Shown here: piece after piece, positions 10,266 to 19,018 of the stretch | Numbering within the stretch: position 1 is the stretch's first letter | Layout: each line of letters opens with the position of its first letter | Sequence record: MW960033.1 | Length of the DNA: 32,000 nt | From: Rhizobium phage RHph_X3_2 | Reading direction: 5' to 3' (one strand) | The notes under the pieces: model-generated | The model's input: only the letters and a program-made list of their open reading frames with translations | Database searches by the model: none | Told to the model about the DNA's origin: nothing | Made by a program: the position numbers and the translations under genes

Positions 10266-11477
10266 ATGGATAAGGCGCTTTTTTACCGCTCACTTCAACA
10301 GGACGGGGTGCCCGTCTTCGTAAAGCGTCTTAACCAATCGCAGATCGATGGTATGGAAGCGGACATCGCGGAGGCGCAACGGCGTCATTTGTCCGCCAAG
10401 GAGTTCGCCGCAATCCTCGCCGAGGAATACCACGAAACGGGCGGCAAGATGCAACCCGTCCTCGAGAACCTAAACTACTCGGTCAACGGCCTCTTGAAGA
10501 CGTTCAGCCGCGAGCGCATCAGTGCTGCCGACGCCAAGCGCCTCGGTCGCAAACCCGGCGAAGCAACGTTGTCCGAAGAGCGTCAGCGCGCAATCGCCAA
10601 CCTGATTTACGGCGGCGACTGGGGTCGGCGCAACCTCGGCAACACCCATCCCAATGATGGGTGGGAGCGTCGGGGTCGCGGCAAGGTGCAGATCACCGGG
10701 CGCACCAACGACCGCAAGTTCGGGATCGAGGACGAGCCGAGCAAGGCCCTCGAAATGGAAACCTCCACGTTCATCCTGTTCGAAGGCATCATCCGGGGCA
10801 AGTTCACCGGCAAGAAGCTGTCGGACTATGTCACGGCGACAAGAGCGGATTACCGCGGTTCTCGCGCTTGCGTCAACAATGACGTGAAGGAAAACGGTGA
10901 CGATATCGAACGCTACGCACTCGGCTTCGAACACGCCTTGACGGTCGCCGGGTGGGGTGGTGGAAACGCGAGCATCGCGCCCGTCAGCGACGTTGACAGC
11001 ATTCGCGCCGTGCAGCAAACCCTGTTTGACCTGGGTTACACTGAGGTCGGCCCGATCGATGGCAAGACGGGCAAGCTGACGCGTGCGGCCGTGCTCGCAG
11101 CGAAGCACGAAAATGCTTTCCTGCCGCTAAACGCGGACATTACACCGGCCTTTGTCGCCGCCCTCATGACCTTTCAGCCGCGTGACCTGGGTGCCCGTGC
11201 CGAGGCCCCTGCCGCGCTGGTTCGTCAGAACGCTCCCGAGGTCAAGTCCAATTACATGGCCAAGATCATCGGCGGCGTTGCAGCAGGCGGTTCGACGGTC
11301 GCCGGCGCGAGCCAACTCGTTCTCGAACATATCAGCCCATGGAAAAACATGTTCGCTGACGTGCCGAGCTACGTATGGTTGATCTTGTCGGGCGTCGTGT
11401 TCGGGGTTATCATGATGGTGGCCAACAACGGCGAGAAGGCTGGCACCGAGGCCTATCGCACAGGCGAGCGGAGATAA
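10266..11477 (+). CDS. Endolysin, GH19/chitinase-like muramidase with peptidoglycan-binding-like repeat and C-terminal transmembrane region
   Basis: EEYHETGGKMQPVLENLNY...NLIYGG..WGRRNLGN..PNDGWERRGRGKVQITGR; IRAVQQTLFDLGYTEVGPIDGKTGKLTRAAV; YVWLILSGVVFGVIMMVA. Confidence 0.8.
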   Translation: MDKALFYRSLQQDGVPVFVKRLNQSQIDGMEADIAEAQRRHLSAKEFAAILAEEYHETGGKMQPVLENLNYSVNGLLKTFSRERISAADAKRLGRKPGEATLSEERQRAIANLIYGGDWGRRNLGNTHPNDGWERRGRGKVQITGRTNDRKFGIEDEPSKALEMETSTFILFEGIIRGKFTGKKLSDYVTATRADYRGSRACVNNDVKENGDDIERYALGFEHALTVAGWGGGNASIAPVSDVDSIRAVQQTLFDLGYTEVGPIDGKTGKLTRAAVLAAKHENAFLPLNADITPAFVAALMTFQPRDLGARAEAPAALVRQNAPEVKSNYMAKIIGGVAAGGSTVAGASQLVLEHISPWKNMFADVPSYVWLILSGVVFGVIMMVANNGEKAGTEAYRTGERR

Positions 11478-11478
11478 C

Positions 11479-11721
11479 ATGCTTTCGCGGCTGCAACTCT
11501 ATATCATCCTGGGCATGGGTGCCCTTGTATTGCTCGGCAGCTTCGTGTATGCGATCCGCCGAGATGCCCAAAAAGATCTAGCGGCCAAAATCGAGAGGCA
11601 GAACAATGCAGCGGGTGACACCTCGGATCGTTATCGTAATGCTTTCGACCTTTGTCCTCCAGGCATGTGGGACTTCGGCGCCCGTAAATGTAGACGGGTT
11701 GCGCCGGGTGGTGGGCACTGA
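11479..11721 (+). CDS. Rz-like i-spanin candidate (single N-terminal TM)
   Basis: LYIILGMGALVLLGSFVYA TM, downstream of endolysin, overlapped by lipoprotein ORF. Confidence 0.5.
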   Translation: MLSRLQLYIILGMGALVLLGSFVYAIRRDAQKDLAAKIERQNNAAGDTSDRYRNAFDLCPPGMWDFGARKCRRVAPGGGH

Positions 11722-11854
11722 TCTGATTGGCGCGCGTGGGGCTACGCCTGAGGATCAACGAAAGATCGACCGTACCGTGGTCGGGATCTGTGGCGGCGAA
11801 GTGTGGACACCCGCACAATGCCGCGCACATGGGGATGCCGTCGCCGCAAGGTGA
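11606..11854 (+). CDS. Rz1-like o-spanin lipoprotein
   Basis: Signal sequence IVIVMLSTFVLQAC with lipobox Cys; out-of-frame overlap with the Rz-like ORF. Confidence 0.6.
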   Translation: MQRVTPRIVIVMLSTFVLQACGTSAPVNVDGLRRVVGTDLIGARGATPEDQRKIDRTVVGICGGEVWTPAQCRAHGDAVAAR

Positions 11855-11872
11855 TGGCTGGGGAGACCTCCA

Positions 11873-12127
11873 TTGAAGGGCGAAGAAGTGGACATTGCTG
11901 AAAAGTTTGCGCAACTGTCTCCCGAGGCAAGAACCTTTTTGTCGCGTATGGATAACGAAGACGTCGAGTTGATGAAAGATGGGCTTAACCTCATCAAGTC
12001 GCTCAAGACGGTCAGTCGTTTCATGAAATGGTTGATCCTGGCGGTGCTCAGCATCTTTTTCGGAACAATCATGTTGTGGGAGTCAGTCCTGAAATTCGTT
12101 AAACTCTGGAAGGGACTCGGCGAATGA
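11873..12127 (+). CDS. Small membrane protein (lysis module)
   Basis: WLILAVLSIFFGTIMLW TM; TTG at 11873 or GTG at 11888 start; overlaps next gene. Confidence 0.55.
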   Translation: MKGEEVDIAEKFAQLSPEARTFLSRMDNEDVELMKDGLNLIKSLKTVSRFMKWLILAVLSIFFGTIMLWESVLKFVKLWKGLGE

Positions 12128-12717
12128 GGAACAACAGCGACCTGGTCGAACCGGCAGTGCACAAGCTACATTGGAGGGTCGCCGGCGTGGTCGTCTTCCT
12201 CTTGGCAATCCTGGGGTCGTTCAGCCTCGCGGCGATGCTGGTTGACCGACAGCCGCCCACCCAGTTTCTCGAGCGTAAGGCTCTCAACGACAAAGTACCG
12301 CAAGGCGGCGTCCTGTCCGTGCATTTCAAGGTTCGACGTGATCGCCTGTGCCGGGCAGAGGTGTTTCGCTGGGTCATCGACTCCGAGCACACAAAGCACG
12401 CAATCTCGTCCTTCACGACGGCGTTGGATTCGACCCTCGGCGAGATCAGCGACGTTCGCGAGATCAGCCTTCCGCCTGCGGTCGCGGTCGGCCCCGCCGT
12501 GTACTATGTCGAGGCGGAGTATTACTGCAACACCCTCCAATGGATCTTCGATTGGCCCATTGTCGTCCGATCGCCGGACGCGCATTTCGAGGTGGTCCCA
12601 GGTGAGAACATAACGCTCACCCCGGCCGAGATCGAGTTCATTCGTTTCGCCCATCGATACCAGCGATTGCTTCGCCCGTGGGACGACCGCACCGTTCGCC
12701 GGGTGCGGTCACCGTAA
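12124..12717 (+). CDS. Membrane-anchored hypothetical protein
   Basis: N-terminal TM VAGVVVFLLAILGSFSLAAML; ATGA overlap with the upstream gene. Confidence 0.65.
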   Translation: MRNNSDLVEPAVHKLHWRVAGVVVFLLAILGSFSLAAMLVDRQPPTQFLERKALNDKVPQGGVLSVHFKVRRDRLCRAEVFRWVIDSEHTKHAISSFTTALDSTLGEISDVREISLPPAVAVGPAVYYVEAEYYCNTLQWIFDWPIVVRSPDAHFEVVPGENITLTPAEIEFIRFAHRYQRLLRPWDDRTVRRVRSP

Positions 12718-12849
12718 CGAATGGATGCAGGTGTCGTGCGAGTGAGTTTGCTCGCAAACCTTGAGCGCGTCTGAGGGCGACAGCAACAACCACGCGACGA
12801 ATAGGAGGCTGGCGATCACCGCCAGCCATTTCATTGTGTGCTCAGGCAT
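12709..12849 (-). CDS. Unlisted 46-aa single-TM protein MPEHTMKWLAVIASLLFVAWLLLSPSDALKVCEQTHSHDTCIHSLR
   Basis: ATG overlaps the TAA of 12849..13379 (TAATG); TGA at 12709-12711 overlaps the end of the convergent + strand CDS by 9 nt. Confidence 0.65.
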   Translation of the reverse strand: MPEHTMKWLAVIASLLFVAWLLLSPSDALKVCEQTHSHDTCIHSLR

Positions 12850-13379
12850 TACTTCGCTTCCTTGCGCTTCGTGTACCACTTCTGGTACTGGGTGCGTGCC
12901 GTGTAGAAGTTGATGCCCTTGGCGACGAGTGCGGACACCGCGGCCTTGCGCTTCATGTCGGGGTTCGCGTCCAGGAAGGCGAAGATCACCTCAAGCGGCT
13001 TTTCGACTTCGGACTTGGGCAGGCGCGGCAGCTGCTTGTAAGAGGGCGCGCGCGGTGCCTTCTCCTTTGTCGCCGCGACCTTTGCTGCTGCCTCTTCGGC
13101 GGCTTCGTCGGATGCGGCATCGGTGCCCTTGAACAGGTCGGCCTCTTCGACATTGTTCGCGCCGGTTTCTTCTTCGTCGTGCGACGGGCGACCCTGCTGG
13201 GCGGCGAGTTCGGCCTCGGAGGCTTCGAAGTCGTCAGCGGGGCCAAGCACTTCGCCGGCGTCGGACACGTACCAACGGCCGTCTGCGCCCTGATATGCGA
13301 CGGGGTTTTCCATGCCCGCACGCTTCGCGCCGCGGATCGCAGTGGACTTGGACGAGTAGGATGCTGCAACGTTAGACAT
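12849..13379 (-). CDS. Phage protein with C-terminal 'GxNxxTAxTQYxxW' module
   Basis: ...KRKAAVSALVAKGINFYTARTQYQKWYTKRK; RBS aaaggagc; shared module in three other ORFs. Confidence 0.75.
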   Translation of the reverse strand: MSNVAASYSSKSTAIRGAKRAGMENPVAYQGADGRWYVSDAGEVLGPADDFEASEAELAAQQGRPSHDEEETGANNVEEADLFKGTDAASDEAAEEAAAKVAATKEKAPRAPSYKQLPRLPKSEVEKPLEVIFAFLDANPDMKRKAAVSALVAKGINFYTARTQYQKWYTKRKEAK

Positions 13380-13413
13380 TTGAAATGCTCCTTTGTTTCG
13401 CTTGCCTGATTAT

Positions 13414-13442
13414 GTTATCTAGCATCTCGGCGCCTTTAGCAA
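13414..13442 (-). promoter_or_regulatory. Promoter TTGCTA-N17-GATAAC
   Basis: -35 at 13437-13442, -10 at 13414-13419; same architecture as four other sites. Confidence 0.6.
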
Positions 13443-13459
13443 CCCCTAAGAACAAAAAA

Positions 13460-13482
13460 CCTGCCGCTTTGTGGGCGGCAGG
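13460..13482 (-). terminator. Rho-independent terminator
   Basis: CCTGCCGC/GCGGCAGG stem with T-run on the - strand (A6 at 13454-13459). Confidence 0.85.
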
Positions 13483-13509
13483 CTCAAATTTCTTCGCAGG
13501 GCGAAGGGG

Positions 13510-13890
13510 TTACGCGTGGGCGTTTTTCCATTTGTGGTACTGCGTCCTGGCGGTCGAGATGTTGACACCCTTGGCGCGCAGTTTGTCGATAGCGGCCTTC
13601 CGACTAAGGGTCGGGTTTTTGTCCAGGAACTTGTGGACGAACTGAACGGGATGTTCCACGGTCGACTTCTCGTGATCGGCCTCGGCGTTGTCGTGCGGCG
13701 CCTCATTGTTCATGAGCACCTCATCCACGATGGCCTTGACCAGCTTGAAATCGGTGGCGACCTTCGTCATGGCGCGTTGCATGGCGGCGGCCGTTTTGGA
13801 TTCGTCCAGTCGCTTGATGTCCTGAGACAGCTTCGAGACAGTTTTGTGCAGCGCATTGATGCGTTGCGGGTTTGCTACATTCGCTTGCAT
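13510..13890 (-). CDS. Phage protein with C-terminal 'GxNxxTAxTQYxxW' module
   Basis: ...SRKAAIDKLRAKGVNISTARTQYHKWKNAHA; RBS AAAGGAGG before ATG at 13888-13890. Confidence 0.75.
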   Translation of the reverse strand: MQANVANPQRINALHKTVSKLSQDIKRLDESKTAAAMQRAMTKVATDFKLVKAIVDEVLMNNEAPHDNAEADHEKSTVEHPVQFVHKFLDKNPTLSRKAAIDKLRAKGVNISTARTQYHKWKNAHA

Positions 13891-13932
13891 TTGGTGCCCT
13901 CCTTTGTTTGGCATCACTCATTTGCAAGACGA

Positions 13933-13961
13933 CATATCGCATATCCACAGGATTATTTCAA
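13933..13961 (-). promoter_or_regulatory. Promoter TTGAAA-N17-GATATG
   Basis: -35 at 13956-13961, -10 at 13933-13938. Confidence 0.5.
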
Positions 13962-13998
13962 CTACCTCAAAAGGTGTATTTTCGAACGTGCTTAACAA

Positions 13999-16026
13999 TC
14001 ATGCCGCCAAATCCTTTAGGATGTCATGCGCTCTCTCGAAATAGTATTCAAAATCAAGGTCATCGGGTATCTGCTTGGGCAGGGTCATGCACGGGCGGGC
14101 ACCGAGCGACCTGGGCACTGAGTGGCCATTTTTCGCGTTGATGATTTCGTCTTCTATCCCTTTGGCGTAGTACCAGCGCACAGCCTTGCCGAAATACTCG
14201 CCGTCCTTGCACGCCCCGCCGTTGACGCGCCGCACCTCAATGAACTTGCGGATGTCCTTCTCGAGGCCAATGGTTTCTTCAATGGGCGTGCCATCGTACA
14301 GGTATTGAATTACGGCCTCCGAGCAGATGTCACAGGTCGGATTCCATTTCATGGGATAGGCGTCGAGCGTCTTACGATACGCTCCAATCGCCTTGGCGAA
14401 GCGAAATGCGCCCTTCTCTTTGTCGTCGGGTTTCTCGTACAGGGCGACGTAGTTGTTGACGTCCCGCGAGTAAATCGCTTTGTAGTTTTTGTGCTCGAGT
14501 TCGAGGCCTGTGGTCGCCTCCCATTCGCGCATGATTTCCTTTTTGCGTTCGATCAGTTCGACCGGGCACTTGACAACGATGCCGTCCGTGTTCGCGCTGA
14601 TTACCGAGATGCCCTCAAGTTCGAGGGCTTCAATCAGCATCAGCAGCGACAGCTGCCCGGACAGGGTTACCTGGATCATCATCTCGGGGTAATACACGAC
14701 CGACCAGCCGCCGCGCTCGCCCGTCTTACCGAACGTGCCGTTGGCAACGATCTTGAGGGTCTCAGCGGTCGCCTTGTCGCCCGCCTTCTTCGCGGCGATG
14801 CGCCGGTGAACCAGCTTCGTAAACACCTCCAGGAAGGCGGGGCCGATATTGGGCGGGTACATCCCCTGCTGAATGATCAGCGAAGGGTAATAGGATACAA
14901 CGTCGTTATCTGACAGCTCGTACCGATCACCGGCGACGTGTACCGCCTTCTTCTCTTTCGAGTGCAGGCCGCCGATACCCATTCGATAAACCGACCCGCC
15001 AATCGGGATGTCGAGGCCAGCGAGCTTGTCCGGCATCGTCGGCGACCCATCCATCGCGACGACAAAGTCGAGGTAGGGGATCAGGTTCATGACCCATTGC
15101 ATGGTCGGCGTGTTGAACCTGACATACCGCGGCGGCACGTACTTGAAGGAGCGGCCCGCTTCGATCTCGGCGCGCTTGAAATACTTCTGCCCGGTCAGGC
15201 GGGTCATCTCGGCGCGGATGACGGCCTCGGCGATCTGAGGGTCGGACTTCGATCGAACGTCGACCCCGTACTCGGCGGTCAGGATTTCGCGAAGTTCAAT
15301 GGCTGTCTTGTGCTTTTCGTAAAGATGCTGGGTGTTGTCAAGGTCGTTCACCCAGTAATATTTCAGAATGGTTTTCTGATCGTCCGTCAAGTAGCTGCCC
15401 GCCTTGAACGGCAGGTCGGCCATCCGCGCCGCGTGGATGCGCCCCGCAAGGATCTTGAGGCCCGGCGCGCTAGGGTTGACTTCGATCAAGTCGATGCTGT
15501 TAACGGGGAACTCGGGAACACCAGTCTTCTTATAGAATTTCTTGGCGTTGACCGACTGCCCGTTCTCATCGCCGAGGATCAGCAGGTTGACGAATTGCAT
15601 AAGCTGCTCGGTGCCGTAACCCGCAAGGATCGCGTGCACCATGGGAATATCGAACTGCTGATCGTTGAAGCCGATCACTTGCGCGTTGCGCGTGAACCAG
15701 TCGAGCATGTCACGACCCTGAACCAGGTGCTGGTCGTCGTGCATTTCCCAAATGACGAGTTTGCCGGTGCGCATGTTCTTTGCACCGCCGACAACGTAGT
15801 TCGGATAAAATTCCCAGTCCCAAATGAAGCGGTCGCCCGCCATGACATCAACGTAAAGTTCGTGTCCGCTCATGACATCGAACTTATAGGCTCGGGCTTC
15901 CTCGAGATTGGGCAGGTAATCAGGGCGCTCCCAAACGGGATCAGGCTTCACCCTGAATACCTTTTCCTTCTTGACTTTCGGCGGAACATAGTCGTCCCAA
16001 AGGACGCCCGTCAAATCCCAACGCAT
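13999..16026 (-). CDS. Family B DNA polymerase with 3'-5' exonuclease
   Basis: Exo: FIWDWEFYPN, VIGFNDQQFDIPM, YYWVNDLDNT; pol: DNDVVSYYPSLI, KIVANGTFGKTG, SANTDGIVV. Confidence 0.9.
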   Translation of the reverse strand: MRWDLTGVLWDDYVPPKVKKEKVFRVKPDPVWERPDYLPNLEEARAYKFDVMSGHELYVDVMAGDRFIWDWEFYPNYVVGGAKNMRTGKLVIWEMHDDQHLVQGRDMLDWFTRNAQVIGFNDQQFDIPMVHAILAGYGTEQLMQFVNLLILGDENGQSVNAKKFYKKTGVPEFPVNSIDLIEVNPSAPGLKILAGRIHAARMADLPFKAGSYLTDDQKTILKYYWVNDLDNTQHLYEKHKTAIELREILTAEYGVDVRSKSDPQIAEAVIRAEMTRLTGQKYFKRAEIEAGRSFKYVPPRYVRFNTPTMQWVMNLIPYLDFVVAMDGSPTMPDKLAGLDIPIGGSVYRMGIGGLHSKEKKAVHVAGDRYELSDNDVVSYYPSLIIQQGMYPPNIGPAFLEVFTKLVHRRIAAKKAGDKATAETLKIVANGTFGKTGERGGWSVVYYPEMMIQVTLSGQLSLLMLIEALELEGISVISANTDGIVVKCPVELIERKKEIMREWEATTGLELEHKNYKAIYSRDVNNYVALYEKPDDKEKGAFRFAKAIGAYRKTLDAYPMKWNPTCDICSEAVIQYLYDGTPIEETIGLEKDIRKFIEVRRVNGGACKDGEYFGKAVRWYYAKGIEDEIINAKNGHSVPRSLGARPCMTLPKQIPDDLDFEYYFERAHDILKDLAA

Positions 16027-17004
16027 TTAGAGCCTTTGCCCCACCACGACGCCGCGGAGGCGTTCTGCCATGAACATTGCCGGCGCGGGGTAAGCGCGCC
16101 AATTGACCGAGGTCGCGACCTGGCACAGGATCTCGAGCTGCTTGTGGGCATAGGCCTGCAAAGGTGCCTCCGGGTCGATCTCGAGTTCCATGCTCGAACC
16201 AACCTCTTCTTCGGTGCTTGTCGCGAGGCGGTCAGGATAAACATACATCGTGCTTGTGTCACCGAGAAACGGCTTGAGCGCCGTAACGGCTTCCTTGAAC
16301 GCGTCGGTGATCGGCCATTGGTTGCCGCGCTCGCTGACGGACAGGACATGCGTGATCTTCTCGTCCGGCCATTGGGCGGGATCGATCAGCGCGGTCCAAA
16401 GCCATCTCTTGTCGCCGAACCAGAAGGAAGCCGAGTTTTCGTCAACCTGGACACGGGTGGGCGTCTCGCCGATGCGGAGCAGCTGGTCGACCGCCTGAGC
16501 TGGGATGATGGCGTCCAACGGCATGTTCGCCCCGTGCCAGAACTCGCCGACCATGACGTTGTTGGTTGCGTACATGGATGAGTTCGACAGGCGGATGCCC
16601 ATCGACCACGGGCGCGAGGCATCAATGCCCATTAGCGGCGACAAGAGGCGCAACCCTTCAAGGAACGTGTCGCCCAGGTCGACCGATTCCCCGCTTGGCG
16701 TGGGCGAGAAATTGCCGTCGTCCGTCGCCAACGCTTCAACGTGCGATCTGAATTTTCCTGAGCGCACGCTGAGGCGACCTGCTGGGGTGAGCGTCAGGGC
16801 GATGGGCCCTTGGCACGCGCGCACAGCTTGAAGAAATGCAGCGGCACGCGGGCGAACGTCAAAGGCGATGTCAATCGAGGACGACAACGCCATGCGGCCG
16901 TTGTAGCCGGTCACGCGACCCTCGGCGATATGCAGGTGGGTCAGATCGGCAACGTAATCTTTCTTTGCGACCGCCGCCGCAACAAAGCGCAGATCATCAA
17001 GCAT
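16027..17004 (-). CDS. DNA polymerase sliding clamp (beta-clamp-like)
   Basis: HLHIAEGRVTGYNGRMALSSSIDIAFDVRPRAAAFLQAV...SVRSGKFRSHVEAL; adjacent to polymerase; ATG at 17002-17004. Confidence 0.65.
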   Translation of the reverse strand: MLDDLRFVAAAVAKKDYVADLTHLHIAEGRVTGYNGRMALSSSIDIAFDVRPRAAAFLQAVRACQGPIALTLTPAGRLSVRSGKFRSHVEALATDDGNFSPTPSGESVDLGDTFLEGLRLLSPLMGIDASRPWSMGIRLSNSSMYATNNVMVGEFWHGANMPLDAIIPAQAVDQLLRIGETPTRVQVDENSASFWFGDKRWLWTALIDPAQWPDEKITHVLSVSERGNQWPITDAFKEAVTALKPFLGDTSTMYVYPDRLATSTEEEVGSSMELEIDPEAPLQAYAHKQLEILCQVATSVNWRAYPAPAMFMAERLRGVVVGQRL

Positions 17005-17006
17005 TG

Positions 17007-17213
17007 TCAGATCCCGTCGAACGTGCGCGATACCTCGAACCAGCAACGGATTTCGTGGAGATCCTCCATCATCTGTTGCTTCAACACAAGATCAATGATC
17101 TTGACTTTGTGCTCAGGGTGCAGCGCCTCGAACTCCTGCTTGGCGACGAGTTGCGCCATATCGTTTAGCGATCCGTCATCCAACGGATTAACCTTGCCTC
17201 TTGTGTGCGACAT
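17007..17213 (-). CDS. Small hypothetical protein
   Basis: 68 aa ORF tightly packed between dpdA-like and clamp genes. Confidence 0.55.
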   Translation of the reverse strand: MSHTRGKVNPLDDGSLNDMAQLVAKQEFEALHPEHKVKIIDLVLKQQMMEDLHEIRCWFEVSRTFDGI

Positions 17214-18115
17214 CAGAATAATCTCCGCTCCTTGATTTCAAATTTGTCTTGGCCCCAAACCTTTGCTTTGGCATATTCGGGGAACGCCCATGCGTTCCAG
17301 GCCCAGCGCGCATAATATAGATCGCGCAAGCGATCCGGGTCACCCCCAAAAGAACGGATCTCGGCTTCTATGGCGGCCGTCTCGATCTCGCTGACCGAAT
17401 CCAGGTGCTGGTTCGGGATCTTGCGGCGGCTCGATTTGTTGGATACGTCGACCTGGCCCGCCTTGCCCGGGATCAGGATCATGCCGTTCGCCGCCCATTG
17501 AACCCAGGTCGAAGAGTCGACCGAGTACCATGGATAACGAAACATCAACGGGAGCGAGGTGAGACCGAACCCATGCACTTTGATCTTCGGCGACCCGTCC
17601 GGGTTGATCAGATGATCCTCCCAAATGCGGTCGAGCCAAACCATGAGCTGAGGGGTAGATATCGGTACCATGCCGCCAATCGTGATATATTCATATCTCG
17701 AAACATACCACTCGAGCACTTCGATTGGCTCGCCGTAGTGAAAGCAAGGAAGAGGTCGCACGCCCAGCGATTCCATTCGCATTTGGTTTCGCCACGTACC
17801 ATCGCAATCGCCAATGGCGTCGAGCACGGATGCATGCTCGATGATGTCGGCGTTAGCCAAGCAGTAGTCACAGAACTTTTCAATGTCGACCGCGACGCCC
17901 TGAGTGTAGGCCGAGAACGCGCCGGAGTCGAGGAATACCTTAATGCCGTCGCGGCGGATCTTGTCAACATAGCGTTGCCCGTGAATGTAGTGGTAGGACT
18001 CGAGGAAGTTCTGGCAAGTATCGCGCTTGGCGCGTTCAGCGTCATCAAGCTTCGCGTACACCGTGCCGAGCTTGTCGAAGTTCGAGGTATAAATACCGGC
18101 GTTGAACAGTCGCAT
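17213..18115 (-). CDS. dpdA: DpdA-like DNA guanine transglycosylase (TGT-related, 7-deazaguanine insertion into DNA)
   Basis: VFLDSGAFSAYTQG, YITIGGMVPIS, KVHGFGLTSLPLMFRYPWYSVDSSTW; clustered with preQ0 genes. Confidence 0.8.
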   Translation of the reverse strand: MRLFNAGIYTSNFDKLGTVYAKLDDAERAKRDTCQNFLESYHYIHGQRYVDKIRRDGIKVFLDSGAFSAYTQGVAVDIEKFCDYCLANADIIEHASVLDAIGDCDGTWRNQMRMESLGVRPLPCFHYGEPIEVLEWYVSRYEYITIGGMVPISTPQLMVWLDRIWEDHLINPDGSPKIKVHGFGLTSLPLMFRYPWYSVDSSTWVQWAANGMILIPGKAGQVDVSNKSSRRKIPNQHLDSVSEIETAAIEAEIRSFGGDPDRLRDLYYARWAWNAWAFPEYAKAKVWGQDKFEIKERRLF

Positions 18116-18342
18116 TATTCACCCATGGCGATGGCCCAATTTTGCTTGGCCTCGTTCCAACGATTGATTGCGCCTTGGCGGTGGAGGCCCTTTGTCGCCG
18201 CTGCATCGCCGAAGTCACGGGCGACGGCGTCCGGGTATTCCTCCATGACAACCCATGCTGCCGCCCGCAGATTTTCCGCGAGCGGCATTCCGAGAGGACG
18301 CTTTACCTCGGTTTCGATGATGTTGGCGATTGCTTCGATCAT
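18115..18342 (-). CDS. Small hypothetical protein upstream of dpdA
   Basis: 75 aa ORF with abutting/overlapping junction to dpdA, RBS aggagc. Confidence 0.6.
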   Translation of the reverse strand: MIEAIANIIETEVKRPLGMPLAENLRAAAWVVMEEYPDAVARDFGDAAATKGLHRQGAINRWNEAKQNWAIAMGE

Positions 18343-18365
18343 GTTCAGCTCCTGTCGTTAAATAG

Positions 18366-18394
18366 ACAATAGCTGCTTCCGCGGATCGCGTCAA
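18366..18394 (-). promoter_or_regulatory. Sigma70-type promoter TTGACG-N17-TATTGT
   Basis: -35 at 18389-18394, -10 at 18366-18371, in gap between folE and dpdA-side genes. Confidence 0.6.
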
Positions 18395-18397
18395 CCG

Positions 18398-19018
18398 TTA
18401 TTGAGCTTCTCGCAAGAACTCGTCACGCGGCTGCCCCTCGGTCAGGACGCCCCGCAACGCGGTCGTGACAGTGTGGTGACCCTGCTGGCAAATGCCCCGG
18501 CTTTCCATGCACATGTGACGGCACTTGAGCCTGACGCCAACACCTTTCGGCGACAAAGGGGACTTCGCCAGAGCGTCGGCGATTTGGACGGTCATGCGCT
18601 CCTGAACCTGGAGGCGCCGAGCGAACACGTTGACCAGCCGCGAAAGCTTGGACAGGCCGACGACCCGCCCGTTCGGGATGTAGGCGACGGTTGCCGTGCC
18701 GAAGATGTCGGCCAGGTGATGCTCGCATTTCGAGTACAGGGGAATGTCCTTGACAATCACCATCTCGTTGTAGTCGCCCTCTTCGAACGATTTCAGCAAC
18801 GAATCCGGCTCGACCCCGTAGCCGCTCGTCCAATGGGCCCACGCCTTGGCGAAGCGCGCCGGCGTTTCTTGGATGCCTTCACGCGCCGGATCCTCACCTG
18901 GGGTGTTGTCGAAGAGTTCGCGGATGATATCTTCGATCACCCCGCGATTGAAATCTTCCTCGCTAATCGCACCTTTGGTTAGATTGCGTTCAATGATTTC
19001 GTTGGATAGTTGATCCAC
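18398..19018 (-). CDS. folE: GTP cyclohydrolase I
   Basis: YSKCEHHLADIFGTATVAYIPNGRVVGLSKLSRLVNVFARRLQVQERMTVQIADAL...RHMCMESRGI; GTG start after GGGG(A) RBS. Confidence 0.93.
   Translation of the reverse strand: MDQLSNEIIERNLTKGAISEEDFNRGVIEDIIRELFDNTPGEDPAREGIQETPARFAKAWAHWTSGYGVEPDSLLKSFEEGDYNEMVIVKDIPLYSKCEHHLADIFGTATVAYIPNGRVVGLSKLSRLVNVFARRLQVQERMTVQIADALAKSPLSPKGVGVRLKCRHMCMESRGICQQGHHTVTTALRGVLTEGQPRDEFLREAQ

Noticed and set aside
12638-12829. 63-aa - strand ORF
   Set aside because: Overlaps the better supported 46-aa TM ORF (12709..12849) and the convergent + gene; no RBS seen.
14938-16581. 547-aa + strand ORF (and 14122..14913 +)
   Set aside because: Antisense to the DNA polymerase, which has clear catalytic motifs; no RBS or homology pattern.
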